A stretch of DNA of 60,212 bases, the filler included, from Platydemus manokwari (Eukaryota), in NCBI GenBank assembly GCA_037951405.1. It is 5 parts of 5 records of this genome, joined end to end, with 100 filler letters (N's around TTAATTAATTAA, not from the genome) between each part and the next. Parts side by side here need not be neighbours in the genome. Positions count along the whole stretch, not along the records: positions 1 to 9,158 come from JBBMOY011290540.1; positions 9,259 to 20,995 come from JBBMOY010493331.1; 3 more parts are not named here. One strand, written 5' to 3'. Under the pieces are notes generated by a model, which worked only from the letters and a program-made list of their open reading frames with translations, was not told the origin of the DNA and did no database searches. The position numbers and the translations under genes are program-made. Every line of letters starts with the position of its first letter. Within the stretch, counting starts at the first letter, position 1. This document shows positions 1 to 12,780 of the stretch, one piece after another.

Positions 1-187
1 GATGAAGCAGATAACATCACATATTATACTGCTACTGGTTTCGTCACAGGAGATACATTCTGAAATGGAATAATTTTTATAATCATTCAAACATCGATAT
101 AATAATAAAAAAAATCGATAAATAATCAATGTTATTAAAAAATTTAATTAAAATTTATAAACGAAAAACAAAAATTTATCAATTATA

Positions 188-493
188 TGTTATTTGTTGT
201 TATTTGTTAGCTTCAATTGGATTGAAGGCTCAACGTTTTTCGTTTTTAATTTGGGATTGAGTTTAATTTAGCTGAATGATGAGTCTGCTTTGGGGTGTTG
301 CTTACATAGCTAAAGGCTTGTTTGTTATATACATGGATTGTAAAATGGATTTTTTATTGGGTGTGTGTGTTATGTACATTATTTGTGTAATGAATTGTGA
401 GTGCACAAGACTGCGTTGGGTGATTGCATAAGATTGTATGTTGTGTAGATTACATTGCGCTTGATTATATCGTGGTTGGGTGGGATCCCAACA
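188..493 (-). mobile_element. Solo LTR (306 bp) abutting or inserted into the mariner relic
   Basis: TGTT...AACA termini, TATA 4-bp target duplication at 184-187 and 494-497, AATAAA on the minus strand; the mariner reading frame breaks at its edge (GWKVILY|VGIPP where HPPYSPDL is expected). Confidence 0.7.
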
Positions 494-1200
494 TATAAAA
501 TAACTTTCCAGCCAAGCTCTTCAAAAGCCAACTTTGTCATTGTGGCAACATAAAGCCAAGCAATGTCATGCTGCAAAATTATCCGCTTCTTATTGCTCTT
601 CGCTCGTTTGAGTTGTTCACAATAATGTTCGGCATTGACTGTTTGGATTATTAGCAAGATTTTGTAATGAATAACACCCACTTGATTTTGCTTTGGTGAA
701 CTACAGGTTTCTTATGTGGTTTTGATTGCTTTTGAGGACTTATCCAAGTTTTTTGTGGTGCAAAATTACATACCATTTACGAACCATTTTTAATAACCTG
801 TTATGAATAAAGATGCAGAAATTAAAACACGTTGATTTTTGTGACATTTTTCGAGGTGAGGTAGCCATGGTCCAAGCTTTTGAAATTAGCCCATTTCCTA
901 GAGATGTCGAGAAAAAAGTGGTGTGATCACAATTCATGATTTGTCCAAGCGTTCGTATAGATTGACGTGAATCATCACAAATCAATTGGTTCAAACTGTT
1001 TTCATCAAAGTCACTAGATCGGCCTGACCTAGGTGCATCGTTTAAATCAAAATTTTCACTGTTAAATTTTGAGAACCACTTTTGTGCTGTTCGTTCAATG
1101 ACTCTTTTCTCCATAAAAGTAACAAATTATTCTGATAGCTTCTGCAGCGTCTAATTGCTGATTAAAATAGAAAAAAAGTAGATAACGGAAATGTAATCAT
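494..1200 (-). mobile_element. Degenerate mariner (Mos1-like) transposase
   Basis: Frameshifted pieces HFRYLLFFYFNQQLDAAEAIRIIC / ERTAQKWFSKF..FDLNDAPRSGR (HTH) and NAEHYCEQL..IILQHDIA..ELGWKVI (catalytic domain). Confidence 0.9.
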
Positions 1201-1449
1201 AGCTAGGATTACTCGTCTCGTTCAATCATTATTCAACATCCTGCTATCAACATATCAGTGCATATTCAGTGCTTCATGCATTCATTGAACTCAGAAACAA
1301 TAACCAAAAATAAAATGAAAAACGAAAAGTAAATCAATAAATCAATATGTGATTGGAAGGTTTGAAGTGATAGTAACGTGTGAACAACAACACTTTAAGT
1401 TTTGATGACGAGATGTCCGATCGTCAGTTACCATAGTGACAAGGATGAA

Positions 1450-1880
1450 TAATCCAAAGTTGAATTAACAGTGCTGCGTCACATTTGGCATTGTCATGCT
1501 GAATGACCATTTCCTAAGAAAGAAGTCTTGTTTGAAAGTTTGAAATCATATTCTGCAGGAATAGTAGGTATCTCTCTGCGTTGATGAATACGCCGTCGTG
1601 AAAAATTTCGAAATATGTGAATGATTTTGCACATTTGCTGGCACCAATATTCAGAATTTTGCTAACAGATATTATTATTCATCAGAATTTGAGGAATCCA
1701 TCTGCTGCAAAGTGACATCTTTCCAAGTTCCTGTGTCAATATGTGGTGAACACTTGTTTCTTTAATGATTGTGACTCTCGAAATGGCTGGATAGCTTAAA
1801 TGACAATCTTCTTCAATCATTTTACGCACAATATGACATTCTTTTCTCCAATGCTCGTTCTAGGTCTTCCTAGAAAATTT
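1450..1880 (-). mobile_element. Second decayed Tc1/mariner-superfamily transposase fragment
   Basis: Manual translation gives GRPRTS, GVFINAERYLLFLQN and MVIQHDNAK motifs in the expected order, interrupted by stops and frameshifts. Confidence 0.6.
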
Positions 1881-2884
1881 TGATTTTGATCTTCAGATAT
1901 TTTCTTACTGGCAGAAACGAAATTTTATGCAGGCCCATATATATCCTTCGAATTTACACTTTTTTTTTAATATTTAGTCTTTTCATGTTTTGTTCCATCA
2001 GATTTAAATATTATTCTATTTTAAGATATTATTGGCTAATTGTGTTGATTGTTGGAATATTGTTGATATTATCTAGTTTTATTATTCGGCTGCACGAAGT
2101 TTAAGATAATTTTACTGGTTCTATAGGGACTTCAACAACTGGCATTGAAGACCAATTGCTGGGAGTTATAATTGAAATATTTAAAATTGGATTGAAGCAC
2201 AGAGGATGCAATGTCTCTCTGGGCCTAAAATGATATAATTTATTGTAACCACGATGATCAATTTATTTTAAATATTTATAATAATATCGTTACTGTCAAC
2301 GTGTTAAGAACTTCTTCAAAATTATAGAACGCTATAACACTTAAGGTTGGTTTAACTGATAATTTTGTTAATGTTACACCAAAGCTATAGAACGCTACAA
2401 TACTCTAACTTAGGTTGATGGTAAATATGATTTGACTGAACGAGCAAAACGTTGTTTTCAAATATTCATTTAGGAAAAAGCTGAACTAACAATTAATATC
2501 TAAAAGAAAAAAAACAAAGATGTGGTACAATAGCTCGTACCTCGCCTCAGCGATTAACAAGCAATCCGATGGACGGACCGAGAGATTATTTAGTTGCACG
2601 GAGAGAGATATGATCATTTGTAAAAATCATAAAGCATTAAATTATAAATCATTAAATTTTATTTATCAGGTTAGTGAATGAAGTAAAAATTTATATTAAT
2701 CGATCTATTGCTTACTGACTGCTTTGTAAGATTTCCGCTACAGCACAAAATTTCTTTGCAATAAATCATGTTGTAAATCTTCTCCTGCTCGTAAATGTCT
2801 CCATCCTCTTCGGGATAAACCGCGATATAGAAGTAGTTCCGATTATTGATTAATGTCCCTGTTCGCAGTTGCACCGTCGTCCTT

Positions 2885-3010
2885 TCGATGTAATAATCTC
2901 CGTAACGTATTCTGTTTGTATAATGAAATTCTGATGATCTTCTCGATGTGTAATAATCTTCGTCACGTATTCTGTTTGTATAATAAAATTCCGATGATTT
3001 TCTCGATGTG
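2885..3010. repeat. ~60-bp tandem duplication (2 copies plus partial third)
   Basis: taataatctYcgtMacgtattctgtttgtataatRaaattcYgatgatYttctcgatgtg repeated at a 60-nt period. Confidence 0.85.
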
Positions 3011-4049
3011 GTTTGTGGTGTAAATTCGCTGGTGTGATTTTTAGTGTGTTTTTAATCCATTGAACAATTGGATTATTTATACGCGTTGGCCATACTCGCC
3101 ACCCACACAATTCTTCGCCACATTTTTCGTGGGTGGCATTCCTCGATGTGATCTTCGGAATTTCTAATTATTCCGATCACATATTGATTAATTAATTATC
3201 TTTAAACTATTTGCACTATTATCTTATTTATTATAATTTTTCTCTTTAAATTATTTTCATCTTTATTATCTTTTATAATCTATTATTTATTTAATTGTAT
3301 TTATCACCATTCTCTCCGTATTCTTCCCTGTCCCCGGATTTTACATATAACCATAAAACATAAACACAAATATAACATTAATATTAAGCACAAATTCATA
3401 ATTGTTTATTATAATGAAGCAATTATATAAATATCAATAACAATAAAAATATCAGTAATCAATTAATTGTTATAGAATAAAGCGGTCACAATATTGCTAA
3501 TTAATGAAACAGTCACACAATTGTTTTAATAGGAATAGAACGATTCACAGTTGTTCATAGAACGGTCACAAAATTGTTCATTAATTTCGTAGCATTGTTG
3601 GATTGAATTTGTTGTTAAACTGGGTTGAATTGAAGGATTTGTTTAATTGGGTTTGCTGTCGATCTTGATCTTGTTTACTGTTGATCGAATCTGTCGGCAG
3701 TGCAGTCAATATGTTATATTAGGGCATTTGGATACTGCTGTTAGGATTTTTTGGGATATGTTTTGTAGAGACTTGTGGTGGATATCGATTTTGGGGATCA
3801 ATATGTTTATACTTTTTGTTGTTTACATATGCTATATCTTTATCTCTTTTTATACTATTTTTATATTTTTATCTCTTTCTATACTATTTTTTAATTTTTT
3901 ATCATCATCCTGTAGTGTGTGGTGTGTAACAATATTTACAAAAGTTTTTGCTCATTTTTATACATTAAAAAGGCTTATATTTGGAAGCAACAAAATAAGA
4001 TTCAATCATCATTATGAGATTCCTTCTTCTTTCTGGAATCTTAATTACT

Positions 4050-7000
4050 GACTCATAAGATTGTTGAAAAATATCTTAGCAACATTGAAGTTTATTAACA
4101 ACTTAATCCTACCTTCTAAAACCGTTTTTCCAGAAGAATATCAAATCAGGGATTTGGAAATGGCTTGACGACTGAAAATATAACAAAAGATATTTAAAGA
4201 CAATTTTGACAATAATTTAAGAATTAGAGAAACTTGTGCGTTCCTTGTAATGTGTTTTCCCGAAATGATTAGCAGCATCAATAGCGATTGAATCTCAACT
4301 TAAAAATTTATAAACCCTTCTGACTTGCATAAATTTGAGGATTGCGAAACAGAAACGCTAAATCCATTAATTTACCTTGATTTACAATTAAAGTTTATGA
4401 AATCTAAGAAAAATACCAAAGCAAAGCTTCTAAAATATATTTTATATTTTTTGTCTTGCACGAACTTGATATTAAAAGTCCATGGAAGAATAGAGAAAGA
4501 TTTTTGAATTGAAAAATCAATTAAACAATGAAGTTGAAGAAAAACAACATTCAAAGTTTCTTTCAGTTTGAGAAATTATATAGTTACAAACCCCCCTATT
4601 TAAATAATGTTGTTAAAAAGCAGAACAAACGTCAATTGACCGTAGAATGTATAAATAAAAATATGAGACTAAATAAAATGATCTTAATCATTCTGAAAGT
4701 AACTTAGACCTACCTGATTATGCAACACATTGCGTTATTAAATAACAAAAATTTCTTATAAAGACAAACAATTTATCTGAAAGTATTGTTACGACTTAAT
4801 ATTAAATAAATTTAGATAGAAAAACTTATTAAAATTCAATCGATAATATTTGGTTGTCAGATTAAAATGCAGGTGAGAAATATAATCCATCTCTTTATGG
4901 AAATATCAGATTATTAAATCCAATAAAATTAATGGGGCATAAGATTTTATGGGAGATTTATTAAATAAAGATTCGAGTAAATCGAAGTTATTAAATATAT
5001 ATAACCTAATATATAAATATTTTCGAGTCAATGAAATAATTTCATGAAATCCACAAATTATTAAATATTAAAAAAATTTGATAAATCTTATTCAAGAATA
5101 AAAGGCAACAAATTAAATGAAGAAGAATATTAATCAAGAAAACGAGATCTTATTGATTTAGAATTAAAAAGGATAGATGACGAAATTACGTGAAATTATA
5201 AATTATAATATTATCTCATTGTTTAGAAAACACAATATGCACGTGTTTACACTATTATCAAATAGGCCCTTGTTATTGTTATTCAACATCATCACTAAAT
5301 CTGGATGCAGGATTGAAATTTATTGGAATCAATCTAATACGTTATGAAGCGATCAATTACGATTAATAATTTTTTGTGAAGAAGCAGTTGGAGGGCATTT
5401 TAGAGGTAATTGGTAATGAAATAACTGATGATCGATTTCAAAAGTATTAAACGTCAAATGAAATTATAGTAGAAAGTAATGAAGGGTTTTCAATTATTCA
5501 GCTATGAATACACTATATTCTGGCTGATTACAATTACCATTACCATATGAATATATGAAATGGTTTGAAGATTCAATTCATGAAAGAATAAATATTGGAC
5601 AGAAGTAGAAAACTATAAACAATTTGTATGTGAATTTGATTCGAATATCCGATTGATATTTTTGATCAGACATGATAATATCCTCTAGCACTGAATAAAA
5701 GGAAAATAAATGATGAGATATCGTGTCCTTTCCAACAAAGTTTAAAAAATGATAATGATTTTTCAAAAAGATAATATATCAACCCAATAAAATTGGCATA
5801 AATATATCACATTGAGAAATAAAGGAGGGATATTGAAAACAATTAATGGAAAAATAATTACAAAATTTAAATGTTGAATTAGGTAGGATTTAATATAAAA
5901 TAAAGAGATTGTAAAACAAAAAATAAAACAAAAATAAATCAAAATGATGGTGATATTTGAATTTGTTGAAAGATTACCTCATTGAAATTATGGTTAAACA
6001 AACAGTCGAAATATTGACACAATAAAATGAAAAAATCCTGTAAAACCAATATCCAAAAATGATACCCAAAAATCTACACACAAAATTTATCTCGATTCAT
6101 TTTAAACAATCAAGTATTTCGTTGTGAACAATTGAATTTTATAGGGCGTACAAGTTTAGAATTTTTACAATTGGGTTATACACAATGAATTTGAAAAATA
6201 TTTCAAAATATATTATAAATGAATTTCTCCGATATCAATAGAACATTTTTGAGAATGAGAATACAAATGATGTAATGACAAAAAAATAAAAGATTTTACA
6301 ACAAATGAAATTTTTCAATTTAGAGATATAGAACCAGTTGGAAATATAAAATGATCTTCTTTTATTAAATTGTAAAGCGCCAGTAAATTGCTCAGAATGT
6401 GGAAGAAAATAATGGGATATTAGGAGAAACTTGCTATTGGGAAATACGGGCGAATTGGCAAAATTCCATTCATAAGTAATGAAAAGAAATAGTGTTGTCT
6501 ATCATTTCAAGAAAAGAGAAAGGATTGTTAATTTTAAGAAATATATGAAGGTCACGTGTTGCTGTAACCGTAAGGGTTTTAAAATAGAAAAGTGTGCTGG
6601 AATATTGAATATTAACTACAGTACCTGCTGAGTAAACGTATACGTTTTGAGTACCAGGGTAACAGCCGGAAAGAGTTTCTATGCTTTTAATATTTGAAAA
6701 AGATTTAGTTTTTTGACTTATCCCCTAACTTTAATCTTGTGTAAAGCGTTAAACCCTAGTGTGCATAATTGATATCACGCACACTTTTTAAGCAGAATCT
6801 ATTTAATTTTTTAAGTAGTGTTTGGATAATCCAAACTAGATGAGGAGTCAGATTATAAGATCTTCCCATATAAGCAACTGAGCAGCATTATGTTTAGGAA
6901 AATCAAACTTATATTGCATCATCACGGATAAAAGGGATTTTAGTATAACAAAGCAATAAATAAATAAAAATAAGAATGTTTGTGAGGATTATCTTTAGCA

Positions 7001-7650
7001 ATTTACAATAAAATATCAAATATGTGGAAAAAATGGCGTCTGATAAACGTCAAACATATTATTGTGAACAATACGAGATGTAGTATCTCCATTTGAGGAT
7101 AAAAGAAGTATTGATGAGGGTACGTTAATAACCATGGGGATAAGTCAATAAAGAATATTTTAAACAGAACGTATTATACATCAATTTGAAAAAATCAATG
7201 AAATTATGAAGGTGATGATGGAACAGCTATTGAAATCTCCCATGGTTTACTCAATGTCACAGATAGATGTGGAGATTGTATGAAAAATTACTTTTATGTT
7301 TAGAAAAGGCAAAAACCGATTTTTGAAATATCTAAGTGCAATGTAAATGGTCCTGGATTAAACTAATATTTCAACACCTGATGATCACAAATTTATTATT
7401 GTGGGAATTCTAACTACAACAGTCACAGATTGACACAAGTCATATAAACGAAATCCTGCATGAAAACCAAAAATATCACTAAAATTATTAACATCTGAAA
7501 TAGAAGGACTTAATAATGCTGCTCAGGAAATTAACAGGATTTTAATAAAATTAAATTAATTAGGGTAAGAAGAAATGAAATCGACTGGCTTGGAAAATGG
7601 TTCCATTATTCCCAGTACCAAAGTACGTGACTAGTAACGTACTTTTGTAA
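4050..7650 (+). pseudogene. Putative endogenous rhabdovirus-like element (decayed N / P? / M? / G)
   Basis: Stop-riddled plus-strand frames; G-like motifs in order: IEPVGNIK*SS, GILGETCYWE..W, YQICGKNGV, DCMKNY..PIFEISK..NGPGLN*YF, RNEIDWLGKWF; N-like start LILPSKTVFPEEY. Recognised by eye only. Confidence 0.5.
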
Positions 7651-8000
7651 TTAAGTTTTATAAAGAAAATCCAATAAAGGACTCATTTTCGTGATGATAT
7701 TGATATTAAATCTCATCATTATTCGATAATCGGTTTTCATTAATTCACATATTAGAAAATACATTCATTTGTGAAGACCTATCTTAAAATAGTCATTTGA
7801 ATTTTCCAGACTGATCTAAGATTTCCCATCTCTACTTAAACCGCTAATGACCTTCAAAATGTGATTCAAAAATTTCACAACTATTTTCCAAACTTCAAAA
7901 ACAAAAATTAAATTTCAAAATCAATTGATAAGATTTTCCTTAATTTTCTCACTCAAATTTCATAAAAATTTTCACTTCAATAAAATCGATCTTTTCCAAT

Positions 8001-9158
8001 AAATTCAAAATTATTTTACAAAGAATCTATTGATTGAATTTCCAATCGAAAATTTTACACCATGAATATTCGGCTTAATTTAAGAAATTAGGTTCTTGAC
8101 CTACTTTCCTATAAATGAATTTTCGCGCTTAGATAATTTTATAACTTAATTTTATAATTAACTGCTGTTTTTGATTTATTCGTATAGTTCAGTTAATATC
8201 TCACTTTCTAAGATGTCTAATTAGTTTTAAAACCAAGTTCCCATTCTAATCACAACACTTCTATATGATTATTTGAGTTTTTAAATATAAATTTTTATAA
8301 TTATAAATCGAGTTAGTTAATTACCGACATGTTTAATAATATCATTGGTTAATTTTATAAAATAATTGTAAAAATTGAGAATATCTCTCAGTTTGCTTCT
8401 AATGTTACGAAAAACGGGTCCTTGCTAGTTTTCAATAAATTGCAATTCGGCCTACTTTTTCATTTTTTCAAATAATCATATTTCAGGAGATTTTTAAGCT
8501 GTAGTCTATTTAATATTTGATTTCGAATAACTAAAATTCTCCTTCAGTACTTAAATAAAAAATTCAAAATTCTTTAAAAAAGAATCTATTGATTGAATTT
8601 CCAAACGAAAATTTTACAACATAAATATTCGGCTTAATTTAAGAAATTAGGTCCTTTGACCTACTTTCGTAATAATGAATTTTCGCGCATGACATAATTT
8701 TATAACTTAATTTTATATATTACTGCTATGTGTGATTTATTCGTATAATTCAGTTAATATCTCATTTTCTAAGATGTCTAATAGTGACAAAACATAGTTT
8801 TAAAACCATGTTCCCATTCTAATCACAACATTTATATATAATTATTTGAGTTCTTAAATATAAATTTTTATAATTATAAATCGAGTTAGTTAATTACAGA
8901 CATGTTTAATAATATCATTGGTTATATTTATAAAATAATTGTAAACATTGAGAATATCTCTCAATTTACTTCTAATGTTAAACAAAAGGGGTCCTCGCTA
9001 ATTTCCAATAAATTGCAATTCGACTTACTTTCACCCGTTTTTTCAAATAATCAAATTTCAGGAGATTTTTAAGCTCTAGTATATTTAATATTTGATTTCG
9101 AATAACTAAAATTCTCCTTCAGTACTTAAATAAAAAATTCAAAATTCTTTAAAAAAGA
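8001..9158. repeat. Tandem repeat, ~560-575 bp unit, 2 full copies running into a gap
   Basis: aagaatctattgattgaatttcca begins at 8021 and 8580; the units align throughout; a third copy starts at ~9155 at the contig end. Confidence 0.95.
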
Positions 9159-9258
9159 NNNNNNNNNNNNNNNNNNNNNNNNNNNNNNNNNNNNNNNNNN
9201 NNTTAATTAATTAANNNNNNNNNNNNNNNNNNNNNNNNNNNNNNNNNNNNNNNNNNNN
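9159..9258. other. Assembly spacer (N44-TTAATTAATTAA-N44)
   Basis: Identical 100-nt construct occurs four times; TTAATTAATTAA gives stops in all six frames. Confidence 0.97.
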
Positions 9259-9322
9259 CTCTCGATGTTGCCTTTTATTACTCACTGAACTTAACCCATC
9301 GTATTGTGAGCACAAGGGGAGG

Positions 9323-9324
<2 letters not shown>

Positions 9325-9356
<32 letters not shown>
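9325..9356. repeat. (GA)n microsatellite
   Basis: About 16 GA units. Confidence 0.95.
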
Positions 9357-9362
<6 letters not shown>

Positions 9363-12299
9363 GTAATATGGTGGTCTAGCGGTTTAACTTGACATTGAAT
9401 AACGATATTATAGTTTAAAATATATATGATCGTTCATGATGCTCTAATCAATATTTAGTTTCAAACCCAATGAGTGGGAAGATAATGATGTTAAAAATGC
9501 TATTTTTTATTCGAAAAATTAAAATCATTCGAAAATTAATTCCAAACGGGTTATCACAAACAACACCTATTAACTTCTATCTTTTTAAAATAGATTTTCA
9601 ATTAAATATTTTTATCACAAGATTATATTTTGAATAAGCATCTTTTTACAAATTTAATTGAGTTCACTTAATTTAAAATACGCGAAGGAACTTGTAACAT
9701 AGCAGTTGCCTAGTCGACAAACTCGATTTGGGTATTATAATTTTTGTGATATGAAAACTGTGCGAAAACACTGAAGTCAGTGATCAGATTTACCCGGAAA
9801 GAGGCTGCACTATCACGGTATATAAATAATCAAGATTACTTTTCCGCTGATGTGAAGTTTTAAACTGATCACAGTCGTTACGTACTTAATCTTTAAATAT
9901 TCTTTATATGCTATATATTTAATGTCGATCTAACAATTAATTTATGTATATTATTAAAATAATAATATTATGTTGGTACTTCAGAATTTATTTTTAATAT
10001 TTAGATTCAGAAAATAAGCCTACGAAAATTGTAAATATAATGCGTTTGTTGAATTAGAACAATGCTATAGAATCAAAAAAGAAATTGATAACATCGGCTC
10101 AGTTGATCAACTTGATTTGTGATTCATATCAATACTGACTACTGTAATGGAGATATTTATTACAAATAACAAGATAAATAGTAACTTATCTGTACTAAGA
10201 TTTTTCTAATTACCGAAGTTAATTGTGATTTTCCTGAGAAGATTCTCGCAGGAACAACTTTTTTATTTTTATTATTATCAATTACCTGATCTTCTTTGAG
10301 ATAGATTCTCAAGATTTCTGAAAGATTTAGAAGAACCATTTCTGATTCTCTGACCTGGTTTTTCACTCAATTTCTATCTCTTCTTGCGACATACTTGATA
10401 AATAAGATTGTTCAAGTATTTGAAACTTCTATATCTTTTTCGTTTGAATTTTTCTTTTTAGTTTTACGATTTTTAATCTTCTCCTCAAAGTTTCATACAG
10501 TACTTGTTCATCTACGTACATATCGGTATCATAATATTCGGTGGTCTTTCAGGTGATAACTCAATCACTCTATTTTTATGTGGTTTCTTTCTATTTTCTT
10601 GTGTCTTTTTAGTTATTATCACATTATTTTATTTAAATAATTTTTTTCCTGTTATAATTGTTTTCCTTGTTATTAATTCTTCAGCCTATGAGCTTAATGA
10701 TCTTACTATCCGAAATTTCGATCTTTCTAGCCAGTTATCATCATATTCTGACTTCTAATTCAAAATCTCTTCTAGATCTATTTCTTCTATCAACATTCTT
10801 TCTCAGTTCTCTTCGCAGAAGTCGTTGATTACTTCTCCCTCTGATGATTTATTAAGAGTTTATAGCACTGCTACTACTAAGGTCACCTTTATTCTTTCCT
10901 ATAGCAGTTTTTCCATGTTACTAATCTTCCCCTCTTATTGGTTCGTAGCATCTCTCAGGTGTGCTTGAAATATATGATCTTAATTTTTTACCAACCATTA
11001 AATTTTGTATCATTTATCAGCCCTCCTAGTGGAATTAAATCCCCTACTTTATTAAATGTTTTTACCATCTATTCTACGATATTTCGACAGTCTATATGTC
11101 TCTCAAGCTGATCTTTTTCAATTAAAGAGTAACCGTAGTATCATTAATTATTCTCCCCGCTCGTGTACAGAAGCGTACATGAAGTAATCAGATATAAAAT
11201 CAACATATAATTGCAAAGATAAACAAAACAATGAAATAAAACAACATCAATTTCAAAGCTTAAATAAAGCACACAAATTAGCTGATTGACGTCTTCTTGC
11301 TCTACGACTATTTTCATTTCGATTGCATCGATTTATTGCTTATTGATTATTTCAAGCAAAAATTCAATTATTCTGAAGATATGAATTCAAGGATAATTTT
11401 TACTAACCATTTCTGTATCTATCATGTGTAATGAAATAGATAGATGAATTATAAATAATAATAAAATAATAGTAACTAAAATTGATAGAAATCCTTAAAT
11501 AATAATGATGAAGTTATCGCATAAATCAATGTCATATAAAAACAACAAATAAATTTGAGTAAATCGATCACACTTATGGATTGTGATGGACAGTGCTCAA
11601 AAAAGTATCTACAAAACCCGCATACATCAAAATCAGCTACTCTTACAAGCTATAAATTACCTATGTTCGAAAATTTGTGATAACAAAACTATACTTTTCC
11701 ATTTCGAGATCTCTTACGAAGGCATGAGTAAGTGTTATTAGGTAGCGGTCGAGTGGACGTAATAAATCACTTAATAATAACCATCTAGACAGGTATAAAT
11801 ATCAGCTATGATTTTAGCTATGACATTAGTCGCAAAAATTTATTGATCTAGAAATTTTTATTAGCTTTTGCGTAAGTAATGTTCTATATCTAGTTGTAGT
11901 AATTATTTATCCGCGACAGAGCTTCAGTACAAAGTTTGTATTAAATGTAATCAACAAAGTAGGTTGCATTTTGTTAAATTCTTTCATCAATATCTCGAAT
12001 AAAATTTTCTCATCAAAAACTGTTGTGATTATCGAGTTTATCATTCCTTTGTACTTTATATTCAGTCGAAGTAACGAGTTATAGAACTTATAGAACGCAT
12101 TATTGAACTTATTACTTTGAGTATTTTAATAATTACAGTATTAATTGGGTATTTTTTTTTACTTTTTCATAAAAATGTTTTCCTTAACAAGAGAGTTTAT
12201 TCAGTAGAGTCAAATAATTATTATTATCACAACGCAATCTCATTCACTTTGAAACATTGCCGAGTAGCTCTGTTATACAGGTGTTTTGTTTTGGCTGCT

Positions 12300-12780
12300 C
12301 AGTCCTGGAGAGTTAGTACTCGATTCCAACAGACATTCTTTGATTTTCTTTGGTCCATGTGTGCCTCGTAAGTCGCGTAGGCATCTCTGAGCAATGCCGT
12401 TATTATGAACCCTGAGATAAATTTGATTTGCATTTAATCGATTCCTATATTTGATAGGAGCATTTCGTTACAGAGTCCCAAGACCCAAGTACATTGATGT
12501 AGATGACATTAAGGTGAGTTTTGAAACTTATTTTCCTGCAGATCTCTTTGGTAATGGTTTGTATTTCTCGTGATTGAGGAATCGATGAAGCTGGAAGTTG
12601 GAGCTCTTATCAAAAGGAATTTTTATGTCGACGATGTAGGCTTGACGTTTGTTTTTGTTTCGTAATTGTAACTTATTATTTTTACAGTAATTCCCTATTG
12701 TTATTCGTTTGGCTTTATGTTATAGATGAGTCTCTCGTAGAAATTCTCTGCGATTATATATCTAACGCGGTCAATATATT
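12300..12780 (-). mobile_element. 3' fragment of a non-LTR retrotransposon with restriction-like endonuclease (R2/NeSL/R4-type)
   Basis: Minus-strand translation RQAYIVDIKIPFD...HEKYKPL and VIYINVLGSWD matches the REL C-terminal pattern (IIDVxxPFE...KxxKY...VGxLGSW). Confidence 0.7.

Noticed and set aside
2885-3010. Repeat that could be mistaken for a CRISPR array
   Set aside because: Contiguous tandem duplication with no unique spacers, in eukaryotic DNA with no cas genes.
3647-4051. Hydrophobic 134-aa ORF (and similar ORFs at 1880, 10504, 59594)
   Set aside because: Non-ATG or low-complexity F/I/L-rich frames expected from T-rich strands; no motifs.
9203-9214. Recurrent TTAATTAATTAA palindrome at ~10 kb spacing
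   Set aside because: Always centred in 44+44 Ns: an artificial six-frame-stop contig linker, not biology.
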